DNA of 64,000 nucleotides from Bugula neritina (taxonomy: Eukaryota; Animalia; Bryozoa): NCBI GenBank assembly GCA_964035545.1, contig OZ037771.1:3731628-3795627 (forward strand). Direction: 5' to 3'. The notes below the pieces were generated by a model that did no database searches, was not told the DNA's origin, and saw nothing but the letters and a program-made list of their open reading frames with translations. Shown one piece after another: positions 57,539 to 64,000 of the stretch (its first letter is position 1; each line of letters opens with the position of its first letter). The position numbers and the translations under genes are program-made.

Positions 57539-60500
57539 CTGTAATAGAATATCATTATACAAGTACTAATGTAGAAATGCAATTCGTATCGGGAAGACAA
57601 CAACCAATTTAAGCACAATTCTTAAAAATACGAAATAGTTCTAGTGCAAGCAATATCAGCATAAATTACAAGCACATGGCTGTACAACTACCACAATAAT
57701 ATTATATATCATAATAATTGAACTTTAGAGTTTAAACCTTCATTGGTCCTGCATTGTGTGTACATGTCTAGCTGTTTAATACCAATAGTTAAAACATCTC
57801 CATTATGCATAATAATTATTACACAAATTCAAAACACTGTTAATTAAATTTGAATTTAAATCTGAATAATCAATATTGTAATTAAAATAACAATAAAACA
57901 AACTGCGTGTATTCAAGGGGTGGAAGCATATAAGTGAGTGCAATGGTTAGTTTAGTGGTAATAGTTTATATAAACATATATTTTAACTATGAAGTGGTTG
58001 AAGGTTTAAGTGATAAATTTTTGCCATTGTCATTATTACCATTACATAGAATAGTTTATAATATAATCAATATATATTTAGTTACATCCTATAAAAGACA
58101 TCCTTAAAGACAGGGAGATATCTCTCGGTAAATGGCAAATGCTGTCACTTGACAGACCCAGATGGAGACTAATGATACACCAGAAGTCATAGTCGGACAC
58201 GACAGACAGCAAGATGATGAGATGATGATGACATCCTATTATAACTGTTCAATGGCTCTTTCTTCAAAAGCTATGGAACACTTGAATTTTGATGACAATG
58301 CTAAAATGTTGGTGGCCACAAGCTACACGTGTATAAGAGAGAGTAACTTCAAATAACTAGCTTACAATGGTAATATTCTCAGTTAAATATTTCTTAAGCC
58401 AAACTTTTCAAATTTGAAGTTAGTGTACCAAAAAATACTGAATAAAATGCAATACTATATAATATAATGCAACCGAATATATATAATACAAAAATAATAA
58501 TACTGTGAAAAAGCCTGAAGGTGGTATACATGTAGTATAATATTATTAAAACTATGATAGTAAAACTTGCGTTAAATTTCATTAGAAATTTTGTCATACC
58601 AAACAGTCAAAAATTATGGGTTTCCGGTTAGTCTTAGAATTACCTAGTTGTACAAAAATTCGTTAACACAAAAATCACAGATATACATGTTATATATGTA
58701 CATACTATACAAACCAGGTGTACATACATACTGTATGTATGGCAAACTGTACATATACATACTTTATCTACATACCAATTATAATAACTTGTCATGTATA
58801 ACTTGAAGCTAGTTGCTTGGAAACATATTATTTCTGTAGTTTTCAAAATTGCACAAATTAAACTGTAAGTAATTTTATAACTTTCAACAAGAGAAGAAAA
58901 CTTCAAACTCTCCAATTTGCTTTTATAAAATGAAAATGGCAATTGCTTTTTCTAAGCAACACTAGCAAATTATATCTTGTATTAAGTTTTTTCTATATGA
59001 CGTATTCTGGCGGGATTAAGTTTTACCTGATACAGGTTTTTAAATACTGTAAGTTACTAAAAAGACTTTCAAGTCAAAAACTACTGGTCATTTCTATTCC
59101 AGCACTCAAGTGTGCTATATTAGTCTTTTACTGCTAGCCTTTTGTAAACATTCATTTGCTTCGTGGAGTTAACAATTAATTTTTTATTTCTATGCAAGTT
59201 TTGTTGCTAAAAAGCATTTTAAAGAGAAAATTGTACTTATAGTTTTCAACAGTTCAAAATCCTATTTTTATTTGCTTCGAAACACACATGATCATTATTC
59301 TTCTCAGGCAAAAGACAGACTCTAGATTTGGGTGTTCCCCATCATCTTCAATTCCACACCAGTGTTCTATTAATAACTTAAACTGGCCAACTAAGCTAAT
59401 TCATAATTAAAAGGTAGGCTATTTAATACAGACAGATCACATATTTATGTACAAGCAAAAATAATTCTCCACTAATGTCATGCCTTACTATTAACTACCT
59501 GAAAGATGAGTTTATATAACTAATATACATGGTAATTGTAGCCCACTATGTGAAAGAATAACATGACAGAGGAATTGATCAACTTACAGCTAAAAGTTAG
59601 TAGTCAGTTAGTTGATATAACTTTGATCTTAATGTCATGATAGAAGTTGTGAACCATTACTTACCTTTTATACATTGAACTACATATTCACAGCACTAAG
59701 TTTGTTTCAGTTATTGGCTTGCTGCTTTACGTTGTAGGCTATGTATTTAAGAGTATTATTGATATGTGGAAATATTCTACACAGTGCTATTTGAAATGAA
59801 AGGTTTCATTCATGTTTCCAACTTCTGATTAACTTTAAGAAGTTGAATTCAATTTAATCCAACATAACATTAGAATCTTTTACATTTTAATTGCATTACA
59901 ACTTAAATCTGAAATATTCTGAGTGAAAATTAGACTTGAAGCCACTTCTTTCAAACTCAGCTATTACTTTCAAAATTCTTGTAGGTTCAGTTTGGATAAA
60001 AAGAGGTGGGAGTCATTTAGCAGCAGGTAGAAATTCCTATTCTAAATATTGGCGTATTCAGTGATAAAGTTAACATAATACTAGCCATTGTAGTAAGTGC
60101 AGAGTAAAACAACACCCCCATTACTATACATCAAAAAATTCATTCAACAAAAGAAAATTGTGTTAAATTATGTCATTAGTTAGTCAAACTAAGAATAGAG
60201 TCACGGAGCAATATTTATTGTGATTGGTATTGATAGCTACTAATAAACTAGTCTATACACTTGAACAGCCAGGTCTAACACCAGTTTATTTGGCTACTAC
60301 TATAACTTATGAATGTAATGCAGCCATATTTAACCTAAGCTTACAGTATATGACTATATAATGTATACTCATGTAACAAATAATATTATTTGCATGTTTA
60401 CCTAAATTGTAAACCTAAATAAAAACTAAAAAGAGCTACATTGAATCATCTGATGTTTTTCTATTATAATTAAATGGAGTCCTCCATATTCACTATATAA

Positions 60501-63500
60501 TAATTATACAGCTTCTTATGTAACATAAATCTGTAATTAGATCAAATATATTATTAGCTTTTAAACCTAAAAACAAATGGTCTTAATTGATGGAACCATT
60601 GTGCATAAACAAGATAGCATTTCCATACAGCCTACAGATTCTTGTTTGGGTGTCAAGCTTAAGAATATTAGCCCACACATACAAACGTCACAACTGTTGA
60701 AATAAAATTTTACTTTATATATTTTATCGATACAATAGTTTATATATATATGACTATAGAATTCTAATATTCTTGGCTATAAAGTATCACCAACTTAAAT
60801 AAAAAGTTGAGCATAATATTAAATTTTTCAGTTTTATCAACATTAGCTAACCAAATTTTAGCCTTTTACCAAATATGAATTATTCAATTGAAAATCGAAA
60901 AGAGAATCGAAAATTTAAACTCTATCAGTGACTTATATATTCAAGAAATACATAGGCTGGTTTGCATGTCAAATAAGATAATTCATTTTACTAATCACAA
61001 GCAAATCTGCAAATCAAAGGGGTGGCCTACACTTCAATGTACAATAAATAGGGTAATGATTACATAATGTGAATATTCAGTGGGTAAACTGCTCCTAATT
61101 TCACCCAACTTGTAAGATAGATAATATATCAGGAAGAACAGCCCATGACCTTGACATTAAACTACAAATTTTCAGCTGCTTAGATAAACTGTTGCAAATT
61201 CAGTTGTGATCTACTAATACAGTGAAGCATCAAATCAATGGGTCTGCATGTATCTTTATATAACCCAGATTGTTTATAATATTATATGAAAGCTCAAAAT
61301 CAATAATTAATAATGATAATATAACGTAAACAGACCTTTTAACAGCAACCACAATGAGTGCTCAAGCAGAAACATTTCAATGATTTAGTAGACAGGTGTA
61401 AACTCTGTAGGTGTAAAAATACTACTTATATACAATAGAAGTTGTCTTTTCATTCCACTGAATCTTATAAGTGGCTAGGTTTATAAGAGTTAAAACAGAA
61501 AAACAAGATTATAATATAGCGAGAGTAATCATGTGTTCTGTGCCCACCATTAGTCTGTGTGCCAGCAATTTTACGTTGATATAGAACCTAAATTAGACTG
61601 TATTAGTAGGAAATTGATACTAGTAACAATACTATTTCAATCAGCTAAGTCAAATATCACTAAATGCACAAAAATAATGCAGCTCGCGATACACACAGAT
61701 GTAATAATATAAGACGATTATAATATGCATTTAATGAGTCGATAGTTTTTAAAAAACTCTTTCTTGCAGTAGCAGTGCATCTAGTTATCAACTGTAGCTA
61801 TAGACCACAACAGATATAGCTTCTCCTTAGGCTGGCACCATACAAGCCCTGAACTTCACAGTTTATACATGAAACTAAGTCTATTAGCAGCATTAAAAAC
61901 ACAGTTGTGGCCAGAAGCCCAAACTGGATTTAAAAACTACAACAAACAAAACATGGCTACTCCCCAATCTTACATTTCAACCATTCAATACTACAGATAG
62001 CTGTCTTAATCTCATAGCATTCCAACCTACAGGTAAGTGGAGTACAAATACTTCCAGCTCACCTGTTATTTGTGTTTACCTGTCCAACCTCCTACCAACA
62101 ACAAAACTCCAGCTGCTGTCCTCTGTAGCTGCTACACAACTACTACTATCACACCTAGACACACCAGTGCTAGCGTGTCATGCAATAAACATGGAGCCAT
62201 CCCAGCCAATTAGTACTAAAGTTTAGACATTTCTGAATAATATTTCATACATGGCAGATGCATCGTCATGGAAACATATAGTTTGTCTTTGCCCAGCCAG
62301 TATAGCAATTATAATCTATCGCCTGTAGGATCATTAGCATTACGATGGTTTCCTAAACACTGATGGAAGTATGCTTGCACTGCAAGTGCCAGAACTAGTG
62401 GGCATAAACTGACACCAAGTTTATAAACATGTTCCTCAGAGCGTGGAGCTCTCGTTCAGTGGATATAAACAAAAGACGGTTCTTAAAGAAAACATCTCTA
62501 ATTTAGTGTGAAAATCTGTTACCAAACAGTTTATTAAGTGCTAAAAGTACAGTCTGAAATACTACATCATTTTATTAAACACTGGTACATTTTTCAGTTC
62601 AATATTTAAAGAGTAGTTTAAATGCACTTTACTTATAGATAAAAAGGAAAATATTGAAATGAGAGGAGGAAAGCTAGAACTACCATCACACTTAGCAATA
62701 AACTTTCTAAACAGCTAGAGTTATATTAAACTTAAAAGAATGCAACCAGCCCCCCAGAAAAATTGTTTCAATAGTTAGAAAATTTAGTTTCCGTACCACA
62801 ACCTGTTCAGTCATATAAGCAAAATAATATATGGCATGCAGTACAAGATTTTGCCCAGTACATTTAAAATATAATCTATAAAAATATTAGAAACTTTAGG
62901 CAATACAATTATTATAAACACATTCTAAATAACAATCATTGTTGAGAATGGCGACACAAAATTTGATTGAACATGTTGTGTATTACACAACATGTATAAA
63001 CTTTATAACTTAGTCTTTTTTTATAGAGTCTACAGCATAAACTGGGTACCATATAAATATTATGTAATGCTGGAATAAATAGCTCCCAAATTATTTTCTG
63101 CTTAAATTTTTATTTTTACAGTTATCAGCCTTCTTTCAACTTGCAGCTGTTTGTTATTGTTATAGCTTGTAAGTCATAGCTTATTAAGTAGCTGCCATAT
63201 TAATGTTTATTGTTTTCTAGTTCACTTTATTTTCTGCTCTTTTAATAAACACCTAGTTTGTTTGTAAAAATACTTTTCACTTTACTTGTGGTCTACTGAC
63301 AAAATAATTCTAACCTGTAAGTTATACGATACTTTAAAATTTCAGTAATCATTACAAAATTGCAAATTTAATAACTATTTCTATTTCAATAATTTTGATA
63401 CAGTAATATAACTGGGTCAACAGTGCTATAATAAATAACAAGGTGAGTATATAAAGATGAGTAGTTAAAAATGCTATGCATAAAGATAACCTGTCACACA

Positions 63501-64000
63501 CTTGTAAGGATGTAAGACTCGCTCAATAATGTCTCAAATAACATGCAAATCAGGAATGCTAATGCTAATGGAATATTCATATCATTATGTTATATTATTT
63601 TAGATGTTAGTAGTTGTGGCTGTCTAAATATAATAACAGCAGTGAAAAAGTAGTGTTTATTCACTACAACATGCAGTGTCAACACGTTACATGAACCGCC
63701 AGTTGCTAAACAATAACACAATTAACATATTATTCTAGAAAAATTCAGTTTATCAGAAAATATTCTACTGAAAAGTAGTCATAACTAGTAACTGCTGCTG
63801 GCTCTTTAAAAAGATAGCGTTAGGCTTAAACTCCAAAACTAATATTTTTGAAAAATAAATTGAACTATTTACTTAGTTTTTAAACTGCAGTATCTAAGGA
63901 TGATCACCTGAAAGACCAAATTTATTGAACAAATCAGCAAAATAACTTTGCATTTATATAATAGCAACTTCTCTACAGGAAATACCATGCAATGATTGTC

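Noticed and set aside
58162-59137. Short ORFs upstream of the WW exon
   Set aside because: No family similarity and no phase-compatible splice path found.

Overview
AT-rich, intron-rich animal genomic DNA (probably an invertebrate; species not determinable). It contains four protein-coding genes. (1) The last three exons of an amidase-signature (AS) amidase (+, to 1755). (2) A complete tandem paralogue with 13 exons that I assembled by hand (+, 3464-16648, 529 aa) carrying the K/S/S catalytic motifs plus a CX3C motif. (3) A single-exon FAM181-family gene (-, 20166-21305) with a well-spaced CCAAT/TATA/Inr promoter. (4) A large FRMPD4/Preso-like WW-PDZ-FERM scaffold gene (-, 27 phase-consistent exons, 23396-57538, first exon not found). 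Introns and intergenic DNA carry non-autonomous DNA transposons (a 1.75-kb foldback/MULE-like element with 9-bp TSD, a hAT MITE, a piggyBac-like MITE, a second MITE family), tRNA-derived SINE fragments and micro/minisatellites. The most interesting candidates are a putative intronic X-box+TATA promoter with an in-frame first exon that would give an FRNK-like C-terminal FRMPD isoform, FAK-like linear motifs in a kinase-less scaffold, a triplicated splice acceptor in the FERM region, and diverging, partly homogenised CX3C amidase paralogues. No prokaryotic-type system (CRISPR, operon, defence island) is present. All gene models are manual and need RNA support.
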